Source of the DNA: Rhodothermales bacterium
Lineage (GTDB): Bacteria; Bacteroidota; Rhodothermia; Rhodothermales; Bin80
Direction: 5' to 3'
Length of the DNA: 64,000 nt
NCBI GenBank assembly: GCA_965220935.1
Contig: OZ244857.1
Location: 3,047,998 to 3,111,997 of the forward strand
A program made the position numbers and the translations under genes. Each line of letters starts with the position of its first letter. Position 1 is the stretch's first letter. Below are positions 28,267 through 36,951 of the stretch, piece by piece. The notes below the pieces were generated by a model. It was given only the letters and a program-made list of their open reading frames with translations. It was not told the origin of the DNA and searched no databases.

Positions 28267-28776
28267 TTATCTAATGATAGACTGAAACGATGATGAAACA
28301 GGATTTTCGGAGTGGGAATCAGGACTCTCAGGGCCGTCGTCAGTGGTATGATCCGTCCCACAGAATTGATCAAATGCGCGAACTAAATCAACGGCAATCG
28401 CCTCAGCACTGCGCCCCTCAATATGTCGGCGTTCAATCACATAAACCACATCTCCACCTTTGATGAGTGCCATAAATGGAGATGAAGGAGGAATTCCGAC
28501 TAGATGATGACGTGCAGTAGCCGTTGCATCAAGATCCTGTCCAGCAAATACCGTAACAATCTTGTCTGGCAGAGTCTTATTTTGTATTGCTAACCCAACC
28601 GCTGGCCGAGCCATCCCTGCAGCACATCCGCACACAGAATTAATTACCAAAAGCATGGTCTGATCCGACGACATATTGAATGCATCAGTGACTGCCTCAG
28701 ACGAGCGCAGTTCCTCAACCCCCAACCGCGTGAGTTCCTCGCGCATGGGTGTTACAAGATGTTCTGGGTAAGGCAT
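28267..28776 (-). CDS. BrxA/BrxB-family bacilliredoxin (DUF1094) with a C-terminal extension
   Basis: It contains PEHLVTPMREELT...LLVINSVCGCAAGMARP...TVFAGQD...PSSP. The CGC motif is present. Confidence 0.7.
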   Translation of the reverse strand: MPYPEHLVTPMREELTRLGVEELRSSEAVTDAFNMSSDQTMLLVINSVCGCAAGMARPAVGLAIQNKTLPDKIVTVFAGQDLDATATARHHLVGIPPSSPFMALIKGGDVVYVIERRHIEGRSAEAIAVDLVRAFDQFCGTDHTTDDGPESPDSHSENPVSSSFQSIIR

Positions 28777-28885
28777 AGAGATAATAAAATGGACCGTAAA
28801 TTTATTATATTTGTACTAACTGTCACACAGTGATGTTCCCACAGAAGATCCTGTGATTTTAGTTGTAAATGTAGCAAGGTATTCT

Positions 28886-29455
28886 ATGCGTAAAAACTTC
28901 ATTCTTTTGTGTCTTATTCTTTTTGCTGGCTGCAGTCAATCACAGCGGCTTGAAACATCTTCATCTCAAGTTACATTGTCTTCAACCACTTCTATAATCC
29001 CATCGGCAGCAACGGAATCTGAATTGCGTACCTTTGCCTCTCAATGGCAGGGAGTACCGCATCTCAATGGAGGCGATTCAAGATCTGGAATTGACGCGCC
29101 AGGACTTGTGATGGTGGCGTTTGATCAGGTGCTTGGAATCTCTCTTCCTCATTCAACTCCTCGCCAGCTTGGATTTGGTCAAGAAGTTGAATTTCAATCC
29201 CTAAGGCCAGGTGATCTTATATTTTTTCGCCCCACAAGTATGCCGCGCCATGTTGGAATCTATCTTGGTTCAGAAGAATTTCTACATTCATGGCCTGAAA
29301 ATGGTGTGTCTATCGCTCGCTTAGATGACTCATTCTGGACAGGAGCATTTTGGGCTGGAAGGCGTATACTGGGAACACAACCTACGGGGGCGGCTCCCGA
29401 TTCGTCCTCTCAGAAGCCTGCTGACCGCCCCACCAAACGGCGGGTAGGATGGTAA
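28886..29455 (+). CDS. NlpC/P60-like lipoprotein with the catalytic Cys replaced (GIDAPGLV)
   Basis: It has the lipobox LILFAGC. The NlpC/P60 core reads SGIDAPGLVMVAF...GDLIFF...HVGIYLG. I trimmed the track ORF to the ATG at 28886. Confidence 0.7.
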   Translation: MRKNFILLCLILFAGCSQSQRLETSSSQVTLSSTTSIIPSAATESELRTFASQWQGVPHLNGGDSRSGIDAPGLVMVAFDQVLGISLPHSTPRQLGFGQEVEFQSLRPGDLIFFRPTSMPRHVGIYLGSEEFLHSWPENGVSIARLDDSFWTGAFWAGRRILGTQPTGAAPDSSSQKPADRPTKRRVGW

Positions 29456-29477
29456 TTCGCTCCTAATTCCTGAATTA

Positions 29478-29957
29478 ATGCCTGTATATCTTACTGAAAA
29501 AGCCTTAGAAAAACTCAAGTCAGATCTCCACCATGCTCGGACAGTTGAGCGAAAGCGGATCTCTAATGAAATCGCCGAAGCACGAGCACATGGCGACCTG
29601 TCAGAAAATGCCGAATATGACGCGGCCAAAGAGGCGCAGGGGAAACTTGAGGCACAGATTGCACAAATGGAAAATACTCTCGCCGAAGCCCGTGTCTTAG
29701 ATGAAGATGCTGTGGATACATCAACGGCCAGAATCCTATCAACCGTCCGTTATCTAAATTCAAAAACTGGTGCTGAAAAAGCCGTGACTCTGGTGTCTGC
29801 CCCAGAAGCAGATGTCTCTCTGGGTCGAATCCCGGTCACCAGCCCGATCGGAAAAGGGCTTCTCGGAACATCTGTTGGCGATGAGGTCACAATTGAAGTT
29901 CCGGCAGGAGAGTTACATCTGAAAATCCTTGAGATTACTCGTGACGGCCATGGTTGA
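29478..29957 (+). CDS. greA: Transcription elongation factor GreA
   Basis: It has an N-terminal coiled coil with AEARAHGDLSENAEYDAAKE and a C-terminal FKBP-like domain. Confidence 0.9.
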   Translation: MPVYLTEKALEKLKSDLHHARTVERKRISNEIAEARAHGDLSENAEYDAAKEAQGKLEAQIAQMENTLAEARVLDEDAVDTSTARILSTVRYLNSKTGAEKAVTLVSAPEADVSLGRIPVTSPIGKGLLGTSVGDEVTIEVPAGELHLKILEITRDGHG

Positions 29958-30360
29958 TCTGCGCAGTCATACGCCCAACACAAGGGGCGCGTACCATGGC
30001 AGAGGCCGAAGACGATATTTTGGAGAGACCCCTCAAAAAAGAGACGATAAGAAGCCGTAGCCGACCTGCTCAGAAAAGAATCTGCCTTATTTGTCTCGTC
30101 TGGTATGCTGGCAATCTATGCCTAAGGTCATTGTTGATCGCCAAAGTCATATTTTCTATCTATTCCACTTTACGATTGGATGGCCAAAAACGATGGTAGC
30201 CCACCCTGGATTCACTGCATCATCACACTTTATGAGGAGTAATATAGCACACCTCATCTATAGTCGTACCCATATATTTCACAACACTCTGGATTTTGTG
30301 TGCAAATCGCATCTGAGTTCACACCTTTCCATGCGCGCGATAAAGTGCGTATCTAAATGA

Positions 30361-31800
30361 CTATCCGTCTGAAAACTCTCTATACCTTTGGGCATAGGCC
30401 GCTGCCTGATCACGGTTGTTGAGTCTCCTGTGAATGCTCACTAAGTGTTCAAGCAAAGTACGCTTTGACACCGAATCTAGCTGGTCCCATCCACGCTCCG
30501 CCATTTCTGCAGCTTCTAAGGAGGCTTCTGGGTCGGTTCTTAATAGAATACTCCGTGTAAGTGAACTCAAAGGGGCACCACTGTATCCAGTCGCCTCTGA
30601 CTGCAACAGATAAGCTATTGCATTACGTAACTCGCCATTACTTCGAAATTCAAGTGCCATAGTATAAGCCATGGTTCCGTAGTCCTCACGAATTCGATGA
30701 ACCATGGATTCCTCCATCAACTGCACATCTAGCCATGCTTGTTGGATTTCTTGAATTCCATCGGCAGAATGTCCCGCATTAAAGAGAGCGAGCGAAAGTT
30801 GATGGCGCACATCAACCATGGCGTTCGGAGTCGTCACCTGCTCTATAAGATTGCGTAGACCAATGGCGGCACTATCTGGAGTATTGCTGGATAGGTTAAT
30901 CAGATGATCAAAACGTTTCCTGTTCACCAGTTGAGTATCCCAAGTCAACCATTCGCGCTCAGATTCAACATACTCCTGTTCCTCATTGGTGATGGAAAAT
31001 GGAGTCGCTTCTTCAATCGCACTAAGGGCGAGAGCTCCTTGATTGGCCTCGGAAAATGCACGGCTAGCATTGGCCAAGTAAATAAATACTGTTGACGTAT
31101 CTACTTCAATTTCCGTGAGCGATAGCGCTGGCTCATCGCGTAGAAGGATGGAGGCACGGTGCCACCATGCTCCCGCATCAGACCATGACGAATCTGTCTC
31201 AATGGATTCATAGGCCGAGGCAAGCAGGGACGCATAATCATGTCTTAGGGGATATAATTCTACCAGTCGAGTCACCGATTGAACCAGATCAGAAAAAGAA
31301 CCTGCATCCATAAAATGCTGCGCTTGGATTTCATAGACGCGACTGAGCCAGTACAAGGCCTCCTCATCGTATGGATTTAAGTCCAATGCGCTTAGAAACA
31401 ACTCTGCGGCTTCATGAAGTTCTTTTAACCCCATCTGGGGGTGCTGCAATGCTTCTGCTCCTTGATTAAATTGCTCAATTGACAGAGCTCTTTGTTCATC
31501 ACTTACTTCAATGCTGTCAAATGGCGTTTCAAACTCGGAGATTAGACTATCTGCAATTTGTAGGAGTCGTCGCCCACCTTCTACAGCTTTACGTGTAGAT
31601 TCAGATGTACGCGGATCAACGAGCATCCCCCGACTCTGATAGGCGATAGCCATGGCCGTGAAGACACTGTCTACGCCAGGAAGCGCGGGGATTTCCACCT
31701 CTTTTACTGGAGTGGATTCAACCACAAGCACCTCTTTATTTGAGCATCCAACCGCGAAGCAGATGGCGAAGATGGTCAGAATAAAACGGAATGTCATCAT
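30361..31800 (-). CDS. TPR-like repeat lipoprotein, last gene of the ExbB/ExbD cluster
   Basis: It has the lipobox FAVGCS and helical-repeat-rich sequence. Its start overlaps the upstream stop (ATGA). Confidence 0.55.
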   Translation of the reverse strand: MMTFRFILTIFAICFAVGCSNKEVLVVESTPVKEVEIPALPGVDSVFTAMAIAYQSRGMLVDPRTSESTRKAVEGGRRLLQIADSLISEFETPFDSIEVSDEQRALSIEQFNQGAEALQHPQMGLKELHEAAELFLSALDLNPYDEEALYWLSRVYEIQAQHFMDAGSFSDLVQSVTRLVELYPLRHDYASLLASAYESIETDSSWSDAGAWWHRASILLRDEPALSLTEIEVDTSTVFIYLANASRAFSEANQGALALSAIEEATPFSITNEEQEYVESEREWLTWDTQLVNRKRFDHLINLSSNTPDSAAIGLRNLIEQVTTPNAMVDVRHQLSLALFNAGHSADGIQEIQQAWLDVQLMEESMVHRIREDYGTMAYTMALEFRSNGELRNAIAYLLQSEATGYSGAPLSSLTRSILLRTDPEASLEAAEMAERGWDQLDSVSKRTLLEHLVSIHRRLNNRDQAAAYAQRYREFSDG

Positions 31801-32771
31801 GGATAATTATTTGATGCGGTATTCCACCAATCGCTGAAGATCCTATAAAACATTTGAGATTCATCACTAGAAATCCGACGTTCCTGAGAAATAATCCGCG
31901 ATAGTAGGAAATCTCCTTGTCGAGATACTTGCCCCACACGAAAACGGGACGCTTGGTCACGGGATCCACGATTAATGTAAAAGTACGATTGATCACCATC
32001 AATCAATAATACATGCAACTGATTGTATCCAGATCGAACCACAATATAGATCTCAATGGGTTGATTGTCTACCATAATCGTATCCATACTAGTCCTATCT
32101 CCGCTTTCAAAATCCATATGCCGCTGTACAACGCTTGGAATATCTATGTGATGTTTAATGACCCATTGGACAATTTCTTTGGTTTGCTCGGACTCTGTGG
32201 ACAGAGAGGAATCATCAAAAACACGAACATCTGGGCTATCGACCGTCTCTCGAACCTCTGGTATATCAGTTTCGGGTAAAGGCACATCCAAGGTATTGGT
32301 TTCTGGAAGTTCAAGCGATGGGTCAACCGTTGGCAAGACAGATTGAGAAGATAATCCGCGAGGGACACGCCGACGTATACCTAGTAACCCCGAATTGCGT
32401 TGACGTGTTGACGGTCTCTGGGAATTAAGATCAGTCGCAAGAATTGATTTGGATTGAATCGCATCAGGTGTCACACGTGATCTTGTTAATGTGGGGCGAT
32501 CTAAATCAATACGAACGGGATCAAGAGTGATTTCAGCCCGCTTCGGCATGGTAACGGCCGTCGGTGTGACGGTTGCGCTCGCTGGCTCTGATGAGGTTGC
32601 TGCCACTGGGGTTGGTGCGACCGTATTTGTGAAGGAGATAATACGTGTGGCATATTCATTGGGTGATATATCTGACCAAGCCGCCATGACATAGATCAAC
32701 AGTAGCAAGAATGCGGTAATCAACAAGCCCCCTGCTCGATCAGTGATTAATCGTTTGTTGGTGATTTGCAT
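31797..32771 (-). CDS. N-terminally anchored Pro/Thr/Ser-rich protein occupying the TonB position but lacking a recognisable TonB C-terminal domain
   Basis: It has a single TM helix (GGLLITAFLLLLIYVMAAW), a low-complexity linker and a C-terminal globular part with no YP...G..G motif that I can see. Confidence 0.45.
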   Translation of the reverse strand: MQITNKRLITDRAGGLLITAFLLLLIYVMAAWSDISPNEYATRIISFTNTVAPTPVAATSSEPASATVTPTAVTMPKRAEITLDPVRIDLDRPTLTRSRVTPDAIQSKSILATDLNSQRPSTRQRNSGLLGIRRRVPRGLSSQSVLPTVDPSLELPETNTLDVPLPETDIPEVRETVDSPDVRVFDDSSLSTESEQTKEIVQWVIKHHIDIPSVVQRHMDFESGDRTSMDTIMVDNQPIEIYIVVRSGYNQLHVLLIDGDQSYFYINRGSRDQASRFRVGQVSRQGDFLLSRIISQERRISSDESQMFYRIFSDWWNTASNNYP

Positions 32772-32859
32772 GACCAGTCGTTCAGCTATCCAATCTGTCT
32801 TGTGACATAGCTTAGTTGATCTCTACTAAATTTTATGTAGACAATGGCGAGTAAAAATT

Positions 32860-33243
32860 TCATGAGCCACCCCCAGCCACACATGGCACATTGACCCGGG
32901 CACATGTATCCAATGCATTAACCAGTCGCTGTACCCGTACCCCTTCACTGGGTATGACGAGCACATTGCTGATGGATGGTTTGAATGTTTCAAAACACTG
33001 GATCAGTTGGTCTAATGGTTCAGCGCCACTGCACTGCTCCCCTTGTGTGTTACTCAGTGACCATGACATTGGCATCAGAGATAAACTCCATGTTTCTTGA
33101 GATGATGCCTCCTCGGATTGGTTTGGATCGCCGTGTGGCAGTCCAACCTCCAACTCAATTGACAAATCAGCCTCTAAGAGAAATGCCATCAATAAAAGCA
33201 GGGTGAGATCCAAGAATCGGATCATCATACGTGTATTTCGCAT
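32860..33243 (-). CDS. ExbD/TolR-like protein (divergent)
   Basis: It has the N-terminal anchor IRFLDLTLLLLMAFLL and is similar to its neighbour. It lies directly after another ExbD-like gene. Confidence 0.45.
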   Translation of the reverse strand: MRNTRMMIRFLDLTLLLLMAFLLEADLSIELEVGLPHGDPNQSEEASSQETWSLSLMPMSWSLSNTQGEQCSGAEPLDQLIQCFETFKPSISNVLVIPSEGVRVQRLVNALDTCARVNVPCVAGGGS

Positions 33244-33606
33244 CTACCTCACTGCTCTGTGCTCTACAATAAAGACGGCTGGTCTTCCTGCATTCTCTAA
33301 CACATGATGGATGTTCATCAAGCGAAGTGCATCGGCATTGGCATCTACTCGGAGTTCAACGGGGCGTTGTAGAGTTGTACTAATCTGAGCAAGCCGTTGA
33401 GCATCCACCAGTCCAGCCCCCTCTACATACAAATCTCCCTGTGAAGAGATCGCCGCTCTGATTGTAGTAGGTAGCCCCCCTTGATCAGTCAAATCAAGGC
33501 TTATCGGTAGATCAACTTCATATTCATTGATCTTAACCACAGCTAAAAGGCTTAAAAGCAACAAGAGTGTAAGGTCAATCAATCTGACCACAAAGGTTGC
33601 CTGCAT
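33244..33606 (-). CDS. ExbD/TolR-like biopolymer transport protein
   Basis: At 120 aa it has the anchor VRLIDLTLLLLLSLLAV and a periplasmic domain. It lies downstream of ExbB. Confidence 0.55.
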   Translation of the reverse strand: MQATFVVRLIDLTLLLLLSLLAVVKINEYEVDLPISLDLTDQGGLPTTIRAAISSQGDLYVEGAGLVDAQRLAQISTTLQRPVELRVDANADALRLMNIHHVLENAGRPAVFIVEHRAVR

Positions 33607-33612
33607 GATTGA

Positions 33613-34362
33613 TTATTCCGAGGGTTTTTGTGAGCTTTCTAATTCGTTATGCTCAATCACCGTGGAGGTATGTTTGAGGTGACTCAAGCGTGCACACAAA
33701 TCTTCACCCCACTGCCGTCCATGTGTGAACTCTCTACTGGCATAACGTGAAACAAAGGTTTCAGCGGTTTCAAGAACAAGGCTTGCTGCAACCCCTAATA
33801 ATGTTGACACTAACGCAAGGGAAATTCCGACATATACCGAATTTGGATCGGTTCCAGCGGCTGCAAAACTTGAATACATTCCAACCAGCGTTCCCGCTAG
33901 CCCTAGTCCTCCGGCAGCACTGCTGCAGTACGTCACAAGTTTATTGGTAAGTTGAATTGATTCCTGCTGGGTTTGAATTGTGACGGCGACGCTCTTCAAG
34001 AGAGATCCGTGATCTGACGTGAATTTGGCTCTCAATGTGATCCCTCGAAGAAGTGAGTGATAGATGCTTTGGCCTGGTTTATCGGCTATCTTTCGGATGT
34101 CATCTGCTTTCATTGATTCAATATCCATCGCACGTAGCTCTTTGCTTTGGCGGTTATCGTTGAACACGCGCACCAACATATTCATAAGTGCACCAAGCCC
34201 TAACACAAACACAAACAAAATTGGCCATTCAAATCCACCCGCCAGCCCGATGAGGTCAAGGAGGTTCTGCCCACCATCAGAGGATTGCGTAACCACCATA
34301 GAGAGGGAATCATTGGCGGTGCTGTCTGCGTACTGATTCATAAAATTGGTAAATTTTTGCAT
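33613..34362 (-). CDS. MotA/TolQ/ExbB proton-channel family protein
   Basis: It has three TM segments and the motif GLAGTLVGMYSSF. Confidence 0.75.
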   Translation of the reverse strand: MQKFTNFMNQYADSTANDSLSMVVTQSSDGGQNLLDLIGLAGGFEWPILFVFVLGLGALMNMLVRVFNDNRQSKELRAMDIESMKADDIRKIADKPGQSIYHSLLRGITLRAKFTSDHGSLLKSVAVTIQTQQESIQLTNKLVTYCSSAAGGLGLAGTLVGMYSSFAAAGTDPNSVYVGISLALVSTLLGVAASLVLETAETFVSRYASREFTHGRQWGEDLCARLSHLKHTSTVIEHNELESSQKPSE

Positions 34363-34592
34363 TTATACTATATGCCCTGTATCTGGTTTCAAGAAATTAA
34401 AGGGTTCTCTTCGAAAGTTACACATATCCCCATTGTCCGAAGCGTCATGATTCTTGTGAAATCCTGCTATGACCTGTACAACAGGCGCTAACGTTCTCCC
34501 TATTCTACACGCCGTCATCAAATCCTGGTGTAATACAAACAAGATGCCTCGTAATATGTTAGATATGTAGATCATTCATTAATCGTTGACTC

Positions 34593-35096
34593 ATGAATCT
34601 CTTCTGTGTTGCCAATCTCCTGCTTCTCATCGTGTTATGTCCTGCATTATCAGCACTGGCTCAAAACTGTGAAACCTTGCAGAGGACTACAGGTGGAAGC
34701 TGCGAATTTTCTCATAAAGTGGCGGTTAAACAACCAATTAAAGATGACTGTGATCCGACTATTACTGCTGGCGACGACATGGTATGGAAGAATATCGTGG
34801 CTGGAAATGGAGTTCCTCTTAGCACAGATGAATCCGTTAATCCAACCAAATATACCACATTTACGGGAGGTATTGTGGATCATCCTGTCTGTAAATCATG
34901 TATGATGGAGATTAAAGATGTTAGTCAAGATGGCACCCCAAATGCCCCACAATTCGTCATTTCAAGTGGACAGAATATTACAGGATTTAAGGGCACCAGA
35001 AGCATGACGATTGGTGGGCGATTCACAGGTGGGGCTCAGGCATCCTCTGGTGCCTATACAGCGAGGATATCTGTGACCTTGTCGTGTGGTTCGTAA
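34593..35096 (+). CDS. Secreted DUF4402/SCPU-like pilus-subunit paralog (satellite, opposite strand)
   Basis: It has a signal peptide and the C-terminal signature MTIGGRFTGGAQASSGAYTARISVTLSCGS, shared with the cluster paralogs. Confidence 0.5.
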   Translation: MNLFCVANLLLLIVLCPALSALAQNCETLQRTTGGSCEFSHKVAVKQPIKDDCDPTITAGDDMVWKNIVAGNGVPLSTDESVNPTKYTTFTGGIVDHPVCKSCMMEIKDVSQDGTPNAPQFVISSGQNITGFKGTRSMTIGGRFTGGAQASSGAYTARISVTLSCGS

Positions 35097-35101
35097 GTCG
35101 C

Positions 35102-35992
35102 CTACATAGTGCATGACCCCGTCAGGCTAACGACCGCTTTCAATGTATCTGCACTAGTGAGTAAGTGGCTTGGAATGGGCCCCCTTGAGAATTTGACCTG
35201 AGATCCATAAAGCCATTCAACTTTGAGTTCAGGTATATTCGTGCTGAGGATTTGATGGCTCAGGCGCGTGGGCATCAGAAGTGGGTCTCCGCCTCTGCCA
35301 TCGCCAGCGTCGTAGATGACGGCTACATTGATGGTTGTTGCGGCGCCTGAAGGGTCTCCCTGTGTGAGGGAGACCTCAGGAAATATGGCCTCATTCTCCC
35401 CTCTCAACATACAACTCACCTGTTTCTTTTTCACATCAAGGGATATAGGCATATCAAACTCCCACTTTTTCTCAATACCCATGACGGTCACGGGTATGGT
35501 ACCTGTGTATGTGCCATGCACCAAAGCATCTACGGGATCCACGCTTCCGCCAAATGCCCAGCGCAGGTAATCGCCTGGGTCTTCAAGTATGGTCCGGCAC
35601 TCAATACCTGGCTCATCTGCCGTTCGCCGCTTTCCGTTCTTATCGGTGATGATGCATCTAACAAATGGAGTAAATATAATATCTTCGGACGGCCCAACTA
35701 AGCCAATGACCGCAGGGATCGTTGTGGTGTAGCGCGTGTCAAGAGGCAGCTGGCTGTCATTCCATAATGCCTTCCCGCACGCCGCACGCTGGTCGGCAGG
35801 ATCGCACACCAACGCGTCCTCCGGGGCCGTATAAGGAGACGTAAACTGTAAATGCTCTTGGGGAAAATAATTGATCACAACCCCCTGCGTGACTAGTACA
35901 GGCGATTTATGCTCCTCGGGCTGGGCCATTGATGGGGGCACTAAATTGGATAGTGTGCAATACAATCCTACGATAAGGAAACTAGTCCGCAT
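35102..35992 (-). CDS. Secreted protein whose C-terminal domain ends like the pilus subunits (..AVVSLTGSCTM)
   Basis: It has a signal peptide. An internal Cys (KKQVSCMLRG) and a penultimate Cys are arranged as in the paralogs. Confidence 0.4.
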   Translation of the reverse strand: MRTSFLIVGLYCTLSNLVPPSMAQPEEHKSPVLVTQGVVINYFPQEHLQFTSPYTAPEDALVCDPADQRAACGKALWNDSQLPLDTRYTTTIPAVIGLVGPSEDIIFTPFVRCIITDKNGKRRTADEPGIECRTILEDPGDYLRWAFGGSVDPVDALVHGTYTGTIPVTVMGIEKKWEFDMPISLDVKKKQVSCMLRGENEAIFPEVSLTQGDPSGAATTINVAVIYDAGDGRGGDPLLMPTRLSHQILSTNIPELKVEWLYGSQVKFSRGPIPSHLLTSADTLKAVVSLTGSCTM

Positions 35993-36480
35993 ATAATAAC
36001 CATTAATTTGATGAGTAAGTCCTCAACTTTGAACTGAGTCAGAATAATTTCTGGCGAACACCCGCCCACTCGTCATACGCTTATTGAACCCTACATGATG
36101 ATACCGAAAACTCATACATGAAATCCATTGTAGACTCAACCGAGTGCAATTCAGCTTCTGTGTTCCATATGCAGCTCTCTCTGTCACTTGATGATTCCTC
36201 TGGATCATTGCAAGTTGGCCAGAATTAGAAATGATAATGACCCACAGACTATTCGCAGACAAGAATGCTGAATTTTCTGATCTGACTAGCAAATCTGTAT
36301 GACTTGACAGCATAATTTTAATTAATATTTGATGCCAATCTCAAGATGATAGCTCCCATTGCGATCTAATATCCGCCGAGATGTAGATCTCCCGTCGTTA
36401 TGATTGCCCACCTTCAACTCCTCTAAACGCTCTGAAAGTAATGTCAGAAATAGCTTCCGATCCATCTTTGTGAGATACCG

Positions 36481-36912
36481 TCAAGATCTATCATTCGGTG
36501 TGAACCACATCTCTTGGATACCATCAACCTCTCCATCTCGGCCACTCCAGAAATAAGTCACCGCAACTTTTTTGGGTAGGGTTTGATTGAAACTGGATGT
36601 TAATACACCAACAATGCCCTCCCGAATAAGCCGATCGTTGGGATATAACGATACTGGATCCTCGGATTCATCCGTGACGATCCGTTCGGATAAGCCAGAT
36701 CTTGTGAGAGTAGCTTCATGGGTACAGAAGACTGGTTGATCATACACAGGATGATGATTGGACGAAGAGAGATTCAATGTTTCGTTAGTCCTGAACAGAT
36801 CTGGCAGAGGCGAATCACTGGAATCAAGCGCTGTATCACGTTCAATAACTCCAATCAAGGGCACAATTAAAAAACATATCATTGGATAGATCCTTAGGAT
36901 GTTGTTTATCAT
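36481..36912 (-). CDS. Hypothetical anchored/secreted protein, last gene of the pilus-like operon
   Basis: This 143-aa ORF has an N-terminal hydrophobic segment and lies 39 nt after the usher-like gene. Confidence 0.4.
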   Translation of the reverse strand: MINNILRIYPMICFLIVPLIGVIERDTALDSSDSPLPDLFRTNETLNLSSSNHHPVYDQPVFCTHEATLTRSGLSERIVTDESEDPVSLYPNDRLIREGIVGVLTSSFNQTLPKKVAVTYFWSGRDGEVDGIQEMWFTPNDRS

Positions 36913-36951
36913 TTAACGGCTTTAAGTGTAGACATTGACGGGGGCGGCCGG

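Noticed and set aside
29954-30360. Two short plus-strand ORFs (81 and 89 aa) in the 400-bp convergent gap after greA.
   Set aside because: They have no recognisable motifs and odd composition. The gap may hold a decayed gene or terminators, but I could not support either.
36023-36313. A 96-aa ORF in the 490-bp gap between pilus-locus genes.
   Set aside because: It has no signal peptide and no paralog signature, so it is likely spurious.
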